Assembly (NCBI GenBank): GCA_963847185.1
Contig: CAWJYV010000007.1
Coordinates: 384,001 to 448,000 of the forward strand
Length of the DNA: 64,000 nt
Direction of reading: 5' to 3'
DNA from: an uncultured Methanosarcinaceae archaeon
GTDB taxonomy: Archaea; Halobacteriota; Methanosarcinia; Methanosarcinales; Methanosarcinaceae
In this document: positions 21,872 through 31,894 of the stretch, piece after piece
How positions within the stretch are numbered: position 1 is the stretch's first letter
Layout of the letters: each line of letters opens with the position of its first letter
Notes under the pieces: generated by a model
Database searches by the model: none
Told to the model about the DNA's origin: nothing
What the model saw: only the letters and a program-made list of their open reading frames with translations
Position numbers and translations under genes: made by a program

Positions 21872-23404
21872 ATGACAAATCAGAGTGAAACCGATTATAT
21901 CCTGCCCGGAAGGGCAGAATCTTACTGGCTGGCAAGCACACCAGAATCAAAATACCCTTCTCTTTCTGGAGATATCAGTGTCGATGTAGCGATTTTGGGG
22001 GGAGGGATAGTTGGGATTACATTGGCTTTCCTTTTAAAGGAAGCAGGGGTTTCATCCGTGGCGGTGATCGAAGCAGATCGAATTATCAGAGGAGTAACAG
22101 GTCACACGACTGCGAAAGTGACCTCGCAGCACCACCTGATTTATGATCGCCTGATCTCTAAATTCGGAAGACGACAGGCGCAGCAATATGCAGAATCTAA
22201 TCAGGCAGCTATAGAAAAAATAGCTACCATCATAAGCTCAAGAGATATTGACTGCGATTTTATCCGTAAGTCTGCTTACGTTTATGCAGATTCTCAAGAA
22301 TCTGCCGGAAGGATTCAAAATGAAGTAGAGGCAGCTCAAAGTCTTGGGCTTCCAGCTTCATTTGAAGCTGATCTTCCATTACCTTTTGAGACTTACGGCT
22401 CAGTTCGCTTTTCTAATCAGGCACAATTCCATCCCAGAAAATACCTCTGTGCCCTTGCCAGAGAAATTCACGGAGATGGATGCCATATTTTTGAGAATAC
22501 CAGGGCATTGAAGGTCGAAGGGGATGGCCCTTTTACTATAACAACGGAAAGAGGAACTGTGAGAGCGCGTAAGGTTATTCAGGCAACACATTTTCCAATT
22601 AATGATAAACCTGGATTGTTTTTCCAACGCCTCTACCAGTCCAGGTCATATGTTCTTGGAATCCGCATTAAAGATCCTTTCCCTGATGGAATGTTTATTA
22701 ATATCGGGGATCCTGTCCGTTCCCTGCGTTCCCAGCCTTCAGAAAGAGGTGAACTTGTACTTGTAAGTGGGGAGGGGCACAGAACAGGTGAGGGAAACCA
22801 TGAGACTGACCACTATAAAAATCTCGAAAAGTGGATTCGATCAATCTACTCAGTCAGTTCTATTGATTACCGCTGGTCTACTCAGGACACCATAAGCATA
22901 GACCACATTCCTTACATTGGTCGGCTAAGTTCAGGCAGTGAAGACTCATATCTTGCAACGGGTTTCCGAAAATGGGGTATGACCACAGGTACGGTTGCAG
23001 CAATGATTCTTACGGATATGATTCTTGGAAAGTCCAACTCCTGGGAGGAGGTATATGATCCTTCAAGGTTCAAACCAATCGAGTCGGCAAAAACTCTCCT
23101 TTCACAGGTTGCTGAAGCTACTAAGGGCCTTGTAGGAAAGCGGATAACTCCCGCTCATGAAGAAGCTTCGCAGATTTCACTTGGAGAAGGAGCTATCGTC
23201 AAAGTAGAAGGTGAGAGGGTAGCAGCATACAGAGACCTGGAAGGAGTGCTACATACTTTCGATCCTTCGTGCAGGCATATGGGATGCATTGTTTCATGGA
23301 ATAATGCAGAGAAAACCTGGGACTGCCCCTGTCACGGCTCCCGCTATAGTGCGGAAGGAGAAGTTATCCACAGTCCTGCAGTGCATGGGCTTTCTAAAAA
23401 GTAA
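21872..23404 (+). CDS. FAD-dependent oxidoreductase with C-terminal Rieske [2Fe-2S] domain (YhfW-like)
   Basis: GGGIVG, TGHTTAK, GFRKWGMT, CRHMGC...WDCPCHGSRY. Confidence 0.9.
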   Translation: MTNQSETDYILPGRAESYWLASTPESKYPSLSGDISVDVAILGGGIVGITLAFLLKEAGVSSVAVIEADRIIRGVTGHTTAKVTSQHHLIYDRLISKFGRRQAQQYAESNQAAIEKIATIISSRDIDCDFIRKSAYVYADSQESAGRIQNEVEAAQSLGLPASFEADLPLPFETYGSVRFSNQAQFHPRKYLCALAREIHGDGCHIFENTRALKVEGDGPFTITTERGTVRARKVIQATHFPINDKPGLFFQRLYQSRSYVLGIRIKDPFPDGMFINIGDPVRSLRSQPSERGELVLVSGEGHRTGEGNHETDHYKNLEKWIRSIYSVSSIDYRWSTQDTISIDHIPYIGRLSSGSEDSYLATGFRKWGMTTGTVAAMILTDMILGKSNSWEEVYDPSRFKPIESAKTLLSQVAEATKGLVGKRITPAHEEASQISLGEGAIVKVEGERVAAYRDLEGVLHTFDPSCRHMGCIVSWNNAEKTWDCPCHGSRYSAEGEVIHSPAVHGLSKK

Positions 23405-23450
23405 AGCGGAATTATTCCTTAAGGAAATAAACAATGGATATGGGGATTAT

Positions 23451-24944
23451 ATGGTAAACCAGAAGGAAATGGATTACAGTCTGCCTGGAAAGGCAGAATC
23501 TTACTGGCTGGCAAGCACTCCAGAATCAAAGTATCCTCCTCTTCCGGGGGATATTCACGTTGACGTGGCAATAATCGGGGGTGGAATCGTTGGGATCACC
23601 TCGGCTTTTCTTTTAAAGCTGGCAGGAGTGTCCGTTGCAGTAATTGAAGCAGATCGAATTATTACAGGAGCTACCGGCTATACGACTGCAAAAATTACAT
23701 CTCAGCATGGTCTGATCTATAACAGACTCATCTCGAAAGTAGGAAGAGGACAGGCTAAGCAGTATGCGGAATCAAATGAGGCAGCAATCGAGAGAATCGA
23801 TTATATAGTTCGCTCATGGGACATATCATGTGACTTTGTCCGCAAGCCAGCTTATGTCTATGCAGGTTCTGAAGATTCTTCACAAAAAATTCTGGACGAG
23901 GTTCAGGCAGCCAGGAGCCTGGGACTTCCAGCCTCATTTCAAGCTGACCCCCATTGCCTTTTGAGACTTCCGGTTCAGTTCAGTTCAGCAACCAGGCACA
24001 GTTTCATCCCAGAAAATACCTTTGCGCCCTTGCCAGAGAAGTTCAGGGGGATGGCTGTTATATCTTTGAGAAAACACGTGCGTTAGGAATTGAAGGAGGA
24101 GACCCGGTAGTCGTAAAGACTGACAAAGGAACCGTAAAAGCATGAGAACGTTATTCAGGCTACGCATTATCCTATTGTAGATAGTCCCGGGGAGTTATTT
24201 AAGAAACTGTACCAGTCAATGTCATACGTGCTGGGTGTACGTATAGAGGAAACGTTCCCGGATGGGATGTTCATTAATGCCGAAGAGCCAGGCAGATCCT
24301 TGCGCTCGCAGCCTGTAGAAGGAGGCGAACTTGTGCTTGTAGTTGGGGATGGGCATCCAACAGGGAATGGAAGCCCAACAAATGAGCATTACAGAAATCT
24401 TGAGGACTGGGCCAGGTCGATTTATAAAGTACGGTCTATTGACTATCACTGGTCCACTGAAGATGTTATTTCTGAAGACCGAGTGCCACTCATCGGTAGG
24501 CTCACTCCGGATAGTGAGCACTTATTACTGGCAACCGGATTTCAGAAGTGGGGCATGACGACAGGCACCGCAGCAGCAATCATTCTTACGGATATGATAC
24601 TTGAAAGGGATAATCCTTGGACTGAAGTATACGACCCTTCAAGATCCGGAAAGTTAGCCGAATTTCCTGAGGAAGAAATGTCCAAAATTGAGCCAGGGAA
24701 TGGTACTCTCTTTGAAAAAGGAACGGAAAAGGTGGCAGTGTATAAGGATTCTGAGGGGGCGCTGTATACTCTCAATCCCTCATGCCGACACATGGGTTGT
24801 TCTGTTTCCTGGAATAACGCTGAAAAAACCTGGGATTGCCCCTGTCACGGTTCCCGTTACAATTCCAGGGGGGAAGTGATTCAAAGTCCTGCAGTTTACG
24901 GGCTTCTTGAGAAGAAAATCGGAAATAAAAATCGTTATCCTTGA
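23451..24944 (+). pseudogene. Second FAD/Rieske oxidoreductase paralog with two frameshifts
   Basis: Collinear with upstream copy in three ORF pieces; indels near 23950 and 24143. Confidence 0.85.
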
Positions 24945-25006
24945 AAGAATAAAAGGTACAATCAAGCGCTTCCATTTTTTATATTACTTCAAAGAAATAA
25001 TAGCTC

Positions 25007-25549
25007 ATGCCACCAGAAAGCAAAAACGCCGATCCTTTCAATGAACTTAAATGGAGTGATCTACAGGATTGGGCTGGAGAAAAAACCACTATAAAGGGGA
25101 TCAAATACCAGGAAGAGGGAAGAGTAACGGAAATTAAGCGTACCTATGAAGGCAATCTGGTCGCCTGGGTAGAGGGAAAAATAGAATATTTCATAGAGGT
25201 GTCCCTGAGAAATGGAAAACTGAGCTCAATCTGTACCTGCCCTGTAGGATCTAACTGTAAACATGGGGTTGCGGCCGTACTTGAGTATCTTGAACGCATA
25301 GAGCTCGAAGAAGAAATTTCTGTTATTGCAGAGAAAGATACGCTTATCTCAAGAGCCAGAATCGGGCATGCAGGATACGAAAACTTTGGAACTTATGATA
25401 CTGACGAATCTTCACTCCAGATTCTTAGAAACTATCTGGAACAGCTAGAAAAACAGGAGTTAATCGATATACTGGTTACATTTGCCCAAAAAGATACTAA
25501 ACTTGGCAGATACCTCCGAGATAGACAAAACATTGTCTCAGAAACCTGA
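25007..25549 (+). CDS. SWIM zinc-finger protein, probably truncated
   Basis: CTCPVGSNCKH SWIM motif; coding-like remnant PDFSDLRVRL*..LDAGLPDELLD downstream. Confidence 0.75.
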   Translation: MPPESKNADPFNELKWSDLQDWAGEKTTIKGIKYQEEGRVTEIKRTYEGNLVAWVEGKIEYFIEVSLRNGKLSSICTCPVGSNCKHGVAAVLEYLERIELEEEISVIAEKDTLISRARIGHAGYENFGTYDTDESSLQILRNYLEQLEKQELIDILVTFAQKDTKLGRYLRDRQNIVSET

Positions 25550-25862
25550 TTTTTCTGACTTGCGGGTTCGGTTGTAAATCTCGCTTGACGCAGGACTCCC
25601 TGACGAGCTACTTGATGCTAGAAAAGAACTCTGAATGGGCATAAAGAAGTTGCAGATATGGTTAAAGCAAATATCCTGAAATTTTAATTGGGATGCAAAA
25701 AAATGGGGAAAAATTGAGAGTAGAAAAGTTGGATTTAATTAGAGCAGTAAAAAGAATAAATATTTATATATAAATATATTATAAATAAAAATAACTTAAG
25801 TTAATTAGTACTCCAAATTCCAGTATAAATACAGCAAAAACGAAATAAGGGGTTATGAAAAC

Positions 25863-26045
25863 ATGCCAGCAAAAGTCAACAAAGAAGAGTGTACAGGCTG
25901 CGGAACCTGTGTAGATGAATGCCCTGTAGAAGCAATCATCATAGACGAAGAAGAAGGTTGTGCAGTTGTAGATGAAGAAGAATGTGTAGATTGTAGAGCA
26001 TGCGAAGAAGCTTGCCCTCTAGAAGCTATAAAAGTCAAAGAATAA
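25863..26045 (+). CDS. 2[4Fe-4S] ferredoxin
   Basis: [12 protein letters not shown] and [12 protein letters not shown]. Confidence 0.95.
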   Translation: MPAKVNKEECTGCGTCVDECPVEAIIIDEEEGCAVVDEEECVDCRACEEACPLEAIKVKE

Positions 26046-26131
26046 CCGGAAGAGCTGAGTTACGCTAAGAGTCTTTTTGCAAGACTCAGAACTTCAGCTA
26101 AGTAAAAAGGGAGGCTACTCAGGGGTTTATT

Positions 26132-26608
26132 TTAGTGCTTGAAAACAGCTTCCCATTCCGATTCTCTGTTTTTCAAATACCGTCTGTTCGCTCCACTTGA
26201 GGAGGGAAGGACTTTTGTTTCATATCCCATTTTCCTTAAAAGAGGTTCGTATTTTCCTGATTTTTTGCCGTTGAAACAGATCAGCCTTATTTTTGGGGCT
26301 ATCTCTTTTAATTTTGAAAATTGGTTTATTTCTTCATCCCTGATCTTTGCGTCCTCACTTCCTATTCTATTTCCTGCTTTAAACACGTCCCAGAGGCCTA
26401 TTTTATGACACTTCAGGGTTTCGAGCCTGCTTTTGTAATCCATATCCTGAAGGTTTTCCCCAATTGAATGGCCGACCAGCCTCCAGAAGTCGTTGCCAGG
26501 ATGCCCATAATACTGGTGTTTCCTGATGGACACATCACCCGGAAGAGATCCGAGAATCAGAATTTCGGTGTTCTCGTCAACAATTGCTGGAAAACCTTGT
26601 TTTATCAT
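26132..26608 (-). CDS. DNA-deoxyinosine glycosylase (UDG superfamily, MUG-like)
   Basis: ILGSLPG, QYY-HPGNDFW, GLWDV, LPSSSGAN. Confidence 0.85.
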   Translation of the reverse strand: MIKQGFPAIVDENTEILILGSLPGDVSIRKHQYYGHPGNDFWRLVGHSIGENLQDMDYKSRLETLKCHKIGLWDVFKAGNRIGSEDAKIRDEEINQFSKLKEIAPKIRLICFNGKKSGKYEPLLRKMGYETKVLPSSSGANRRYLKNRESEWEAVFKH

Positions 26609-26661
26609 CGTATAAATAGCTGGAATTCAGGAATATTTTAAATTTTGGAATCGAAGAAAAT

Positions 26662-27453
26662 TCAAATTTTGGTAATCTTTTCTGACATCTCTTTATAATA
26701 GTTAAAAAGTTCCTGCCCCCAGGAAAGTGCGCTTTTCTCAAAGCTTACCATTTCGTGGTTATAGTATCTCCCATCTTTTGAGATCATGGATAAAGAGATG
26801 AAGCGATCTGTAATAATGCTTGAGGCAAGCTCAATTTTGCTGTCACATACATAAAGGCATGTGTTTTCCATATTAAGGAACTCTCCTACTTCCTCTTTAT
26901 AGTCTGCAACCAATTTACTGTATATCGACCTTTCGAGAATAAGAGATACCTTGATACCTTTTTTTGCAAGGTCCAGATACAGGCTGGGGTATCCTGGACG
27001 GAAAAATGAAGAAATTTCCATAACTGCTTTAGACCTGTAAAGCGGATCCATAATTTCCGGAGGGTAATCAAAAATATGAGTCCTCTCAGGTACAAGCTCC
27101 TTGCAGTGGCCCAGTTCTCCAATCCTGTCCAGCAGGTGAGAAGGAAGGGTACGCAGATCCTGTCTTGCCCAGTAATCGTGATTTTCATCAAATACCTGAA
27201 AAGTGAAGAGAAGAGGCTCCATTTTGGGAACAATAAGCTTTCCTTTTACCGAAAGTTCGTAAACATCGTCCTTCTGCACAAGCAGCCCATCCTTAAGCAA
27301 AATACGGATCTGGGCCATAATAGGGCTGGAACTGACTTCAAGTTCGGTTTTTATTTCTTCAATTGTTTTTGGCCCGTTCTTCAGGAGCAAAAGTAAGTTT
27401 TTTCTTTTGTCCGAAAAAAAAATTGTATCTATTAACTGCAGCTCCATATTCAT
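26662..27453 (-). CDS. wHTH-DUF1724 transcriptional regulator (methanol-specific Msr-type)
   Basis: FFSDKRKNLLLLL wHTH, ALSWGQELF C-terminus; divergent from mtaCB. Confidence 0.85.
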   Translation of the reverse strand: MNMELQLIDTIFFSDKRKNLLLLLKNGPKTIEEIKTELEVSSSPIMAQIRILLKDGLLVQKDDVYELSVKGKLIVPKMEPLLFTFQVFDENHDYWARQDLRTLPSHLLDRIGELGHCKELVPERTHIFDYPPEIMDPLYRSKAVMEISSFFRPGYPSLYLDLAKKGIKVSLILERSIYSKLVADYKEEVGEFLNMENTCLYVCDSKIELASSIITDRFISLSMISKDGRYYNHEMVSFEKSALSWGQELFNYYKEMSEKITKI

Positions 27454-27555
27454 TAGATCTAGCCTCCGGAAAAAAATTTGAACTATATCTGGAATCACCT
27501 GGGCGTCTGAAAACGGCTTAAAAACTTAAATCTAAATATAAACCTGATTTATATC

Positions 27556-28410
27556 TCATTGAAGGCTGAGCAACATGGCTTTTGAAACGGCACCTCTTTC
27601 AGATGTACGAACTGCGTTGTCAATTACTATTTCATTATCTACCTGCGATGCTCTTGATTTATAGAACTCAAAAAGTTCTCTGGCCCAGCCCATAGCTTGA
27701 GGTTCGGAACAGTACATATAGTCATGATAGAACCTTCCATTACGGTCAAAGAGGGAGATCACCATTCCACGATCAGAAATTAGAAGTTCGGCCAACTTGA
27801 TCCCGTCATTGCAGACAAAAAGCTCAGTGTTCTGCATTGAGGCAATTTTCTTTATTTTCCTTTCGTAATTGTGCAGAATCTTTTCGAGTACAGATTCCGT
27901 AAAGATTAGGGTAATTTCTGAGTCCATCCTTGCAAGTTTTGAGTAAAGGGGAAGGAATTCAGGCCTGTAAAAGGATGAAAATATCATTAGGTAACGCGAA
28001 GAGGAAAAGAAATTCAAAAGTTCCGTATTTGGTTCAAAAATTTGGCTTGGATCTGTTTTTACCAGGTTGCAGTCTTTCAGATATCCTATTTTTTCAAGAA
28101 GATACTGGGGAATTCCGCTCAGATCGTGTTCAACCCAGTAGTTATCTTTTTCGAGTAAAGTAAGGACATTAACAAGAGATTGAACTTTTTTGAAAATCTG
28201 ATCTCCCATATCTGTCAATTCATAGCTGCCATTTTTTTGAATAACCAGATTACTGTCTGTAAGCCTTTTGATCTGTGGCAAGATAGCTGTGGGAGAAACA
28301 TCAAGGAGGGTTTTGATTTCTTCCATTGTTCTGGGTTTCTCTCCCAGGAGTAAAAGGAGGTCTCTTCTTTTTTGGGAACGAAATACGACATCTAGTAATT
28401 CAGGTTGTAT
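27556..28410 (-). CDS. wHTH-DUF1724 transcriptional regulator (Msr-type), apparent ATA start
   Basis: Open frame extends to 28410 giving QPELLDVVFRSQKRRDLLLLLG, matching paralog N-terminus; GAGGTGG RBS. Confidence 0.8.
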   Translation of the reverse strand: MQPELLDVVFRSQKRRDLLLLLGEKPRTMEEIKTLLDVSPTAILPQIKRLTDSNLVIQKNGSYELTDMGDQIFKKVQSLVNVLTLLEKDNYWVEHDLSGIPQYLLEKIGYLKDCNLVKTDPSQIFEPNTELLNFFSSSRYLMIFSSFYRPEFLPLYSKLARMDSEITLIFTESVLEKILHNYERKIKKIASMQNTELFVCNDGIKLAELLISDRGMVISLFDRNGRFYHDYMYCSEPQAMGWARELFEFYKSRASQVDNEIVIDNAVRTSERGAVSKAMLLSLQ

Positions 28411-29340
28411 TCAAACCACCTCTATCTCATTTTTTGTAAATTTGGGTATTTTATATTCTGATAAACATCTGTACAATGGGCAAATATAAACTCGAGTTCC
28501 AGTCTGGTTCTGTAAAACCTGAAGAGGAGAAGAAGTTTGTGCCATATTTGAAGGTAAACGATATTCTCATTTATATAAAAGAATTTGGATTAATAATTTA
28601 AAACGTAAAATGATCTCTTGAAAAATAGTATTATCTTGTCGATATATTTTTGAAGTAACTGAAATATATTTTCTTCGTGTTAAAAATATATCTGATGCCT
28701 TTGTTCTAAATAAAATTAAAGCTTAACAAGAATATATCCAAAAATTTGTAACCTGAGATACTACAATAAGAACAATGAAATTTTTGATACCTTTTATCTG
28801 AATACTCCCATTGTTCAAAAAAATTACTGCTGTTTTGGATATCCTGTCATTTAATTCTCAATATGTGAAAATATAATAAGTAATCTCAAAATTTTGGGCC
28901 CAGTTTATTGCGAGAGACAGAAACAAAAACTTTGGGGGCAAAAAGTGGCGCAATGAGGTCAAAATTTCAGACCCTATATTGCTCTGTAAAAATGGGGGAA
29001 AAATTTCCATCGGTTATGGTATATGCAATGATTTCCCCTAATTATGCTGTAGTACGTGTCAGAATTCAGGCACGGGTATCATTCAAAAAGGAAAAGTTCC
29101 GGCGAAAATGAAGAGTTCTTTCGAGAGTTTACACTATAGGGAAATCCAGAAGCAGTACTGATTGCTCAATAGTACTGAAAAAACGGATAAACTGTGGATT
29201 TTTCTTCAGGATAAATACAACCGAAAGAAAAAACTTCACGGAGGTAAAGCTGGAACCTCATTATGCCGAACAAATCCGGGACTGCAGACCCGGAGCGGTA
29301 ACGACCTTTTTGTTGAACATCTAAATGGAGGTTTAGAAAT

Positions 29341-30117
29341 ATGTTGGACTTTACAGCAGCAAGTCTGAAAAGGGTATTAACCAGATACAATGTGGCTCTG
29401 GAAAAGGCAATGACCCCTGAAGAAGCCGCAGAAGAACTCTATCCTAAAGACGAATTAATTTACCCGATCGCAAAGGCCATCTTTGAAGGAGAAGAAGATG
29501 ACGTTGTAGAGGGTCTCGAAGCAGCAATTAAAGCAGGCAAGGACCCAATCACTCTTATCGACGATGCTCTCATGGTCGGTATGGGTGTTGTCACAAGACT
29601 CTACGATGAAGGTATCATTTTCCTCCCCAATGTCATGATGTCCGCTGACGCCATGCTTAATGGTATCGAATTCTGTAAGGAAAACTCCGAAACTGCTCCT
29701 GAAACCAAGGGAACCATTGTCTGCCACGTTGCAGAAGGTGACGTTCATGACATTGGAAAGAACATTGTTACCGCTCTCCTCAGGGCAAACGGCTACAATG
29801 TAGTTGACCTCGGAAGGGATGTTCCAGTGGACGAAGTTATCACTGCAGTTGCTGCAAACAACCCAATTCTGGTCACAGGTACTGCACTCATGACCACCAC
29901 CATGTATGCATTCAAGGAAGTTAACGACAAACTCCTCGAGAAAGGATACAAGATTCCATTCGCATGCGGTGGCGGAGCAGTTAACCAGGACTTCGTATCT
30001 CAGTATGCACTCGGTGTGTACGGTGAAGAAGCCGCTGATGCCCCCAAGATTGCTGACGCAATCATTGCAGGTACCACAGATATCGCAGCATTAAGAGAGA
30101 AATTCCACAAGCACTGA
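29341..30117 (+). CDS. mtaC: Methanol corrinoid protein
   Basis: DVHDIG B12-binding motif, GGGAV; upstream of mtaB; GGAGGT RBS. Confidence 0.96.
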   Translation: MLDFTAASLKRVLTRYNVALEKAMTPEEAAEELYPKDELIYPIAKAIFEGEEDDVVEGLEAAIKAGKDPITLIDDALMVGMGVVTRLYDEGIIFLPNVMMSADAMLNGIEFCKENSETAPETKGTIVCHVAEGDVHDIGKNIVTALLRANGYNVVDLGRDVPVDEVITAVAANNPILVTGTALMTTTMYAFKEVNDKLLEKGYKIPFACGGGAVNQDFVSQYALGVYGEEAADAPKIADAIIAGTTDIAALREKFHKH

Positions 30118-30127
30118 GGTGAGTGAA

Positions 30128-31513
30128 ATGGCAGCAAAAAGATTCACTAAGATGGCATACGCAAGCGCAGACGAAATGACCTTCGGCGTAGCCAAGCACC
30201 CCGTAAAGGCAGGCCTTGGCCTCGAGATTGGTGCAGGTTATACAATTCCTGAAGTTAACTATGCTCCAAGACCTGAAGCCGGTGCATCCAAGGAAAAACT
30301 CGTAAAGGAATACGAGAGGATCACCACTGACATCATGGCAAGAATGGTCCAGGTCGGTTTCCCAGCAGTTATCCTTGAAACAGAACACGTTCAGCAGATG
30401 TCCAACAACCCCTCCTGGGGAGCAGAAGTTGCACACGCCCAGAAGACCATCATGGAAGAGTACCACGATGAATACGGCATAAAGTGCGCACTTCGCCACA
30501 CAATCGGTGACATCCGTGAGAACAGGGACTTCCTCCAGCTCAGAGGCGACAAGTACTCCGTCTTCCTCGAGGCATTCGAAGAGTGCGCCAAAGCCGGTGC
30601 CGACCTGCTTTCAGTAGAGAGCATGGGTGGTAAGGAAGTTTTCGACTACGCAGTTCTCAGAAACGACATCGCTGGTATCCTCTACGCAATCGGCTGTCTC
30701 GGCTCCATTGACATGGAAATGATCTGGTCCGACATCTCCGCAATTGCAAAGAAGACCGGAACTGTTTCTGCTGGTGACACAGACTGTGCCCAGGCAAACA
30801 CCGCAATGTTCATCGGCGGTGGACTGCTCGACAAGAACCTCGCCCACACCCTTGCAATCCTTGCAAGAGCAATCTCTGCACCAAGGTCCCTCGTCGCATA
30901 CGAGTGTGGCGCAGTAGGCCCTGGAAAAGACTGTGGATACGAGAACGTCATTGTTAAAGCCATCACCGGTATGCCAATGACCCAGGAAGGTAAGACTTCC
31001 ACCTGTGCTCACTCTGACGTAATGGGTAACCTCATTATGCAGTGCTGTGACTGCTGGTCCAACGAGTCTGTTGAATACCACGGTGAATTCGGTGGTACAA
31101 CAGTTCAGTGCTGGTCCGAATCCCTTGCATACGACTGTGCCCTCATGAACACCGCTCTTGAAACCAAGAACGAAAAGATTCTCAGGGACCTTCTAATGCT
31201 CTCCGACAGGTACAGAGACCCACAGTCCTACGTACTTGCATACGACAACGCATACAAGGTCGGTCAGTCAATTGTTAAGGACGGAGACAACATCTACCTC
31301 AGAGCAAAGAATGCAGCAATTGCATGCTGTGACATCGTCAACGAAGGTGCAGCCGGCAAGCTCGAACTCTCCAGGTTTGAAGCCAATGCCCTCGCAGACG
31401 CAAAGGCAGCTCTCGAAGCTCTTCCAGCTGACATGGACACCTTCATGGACAATTGCCTTACAAAATACAAGAGTGAAGTTAAAGTATTCCTTCCGGAGAA
31501 CTACGGCTTCTAA
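30128..31513 (+). CDS. mtaB: Methanol:corrinoid methyltransferase
   Basis: MAAKRFTKMAY, GDTDCAQANTAM, GPGKDCGYE; strong codon bias. Confidence 0.97.
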   Translation: MAAKRFTKMAYASADEMTFGVAKHPVKAGLGLEIGAGYTIPEVNYAPRPEAGASKEKLVKEYERITTDIMARMVQVGFPAVILETEHVQQMSNNPSWGAEVAHAQKTIMEEYHDEYGIKCALRHTIGDIRENRDFLQLRGDKYSVFLEAFEECAKAGADLLSVESMGGKEVFDYAVLRNDIAGILYAIGCLGSIDMEMIWSDISAIAKKTGTVSAGDTDCAQANTAMFIGGGLLDKNLAHTLAILARAISAPRSLVAYECGAVGPGKDCGYENVIVKAITGMPMTQEGKTSTCAHSDVMGNLIMQCCDCWSNESVEYHGEFGGTTVQCWSESLAYDCALMNTALETKNEKILRDLLMLSDRYRDPQSYVLAYDNAYKVGQSIVKDGDNIYLRAKNAAIACCDIVNEGAAGKLELSRFEANALADAKAALEALPADMDTFMDNCLTKYKSEVKVFLPENYGF

Positions 31514-31516
31514 GCC

Positions 31517-31545
31517 GAACCCTCCGGTTCTCTTTTTCTTTTTAA
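31517..31545 (+). terminator. Putative terminator after mtaB
   Basis: GAACC/GGTTC stem followed by T-rich tract. Confidence 0.5.
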
Positions 31546-31894
31546 AATCAATTTTGAATTCGCATATTTTTTTCTGTTTTTTGAATCGTTAATTCTACAC
31601 TCGTTTATTTGCATCCCATTGCTGTGACAAAGAATGTAGATTAATTAAGAGTAAATTGATTCGTTTTATAGGCAAAGGATCAGAGTCAATTGCTAAAAGC
31701 CTTAATAATAACACATATCTTAAATCTAGTCAAAGAAAAAGGATCTGTCTTCTGATTTTCTCAGTGAATATCACTTACCATTAAAGTATTTATTAAAAAA
31801 TCAAACATTTTTACTGCTTATAGTTTTGTTGTTCTTCTCCATTTTACCCTTTTAAAGAATTTAATTTCCCAGTCGTTTTATTCTTCATACTTGA

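Noticed and set aside
24084-24086. TAG read-through rescuing second Rieske paralog
   Set aside because: Frame is off-register there and meets another TAG and a TAA within a few codons
29455-31081. Long antisense ORFs over mtaCB
   Set aside because: Shadow frames from strong codon bias
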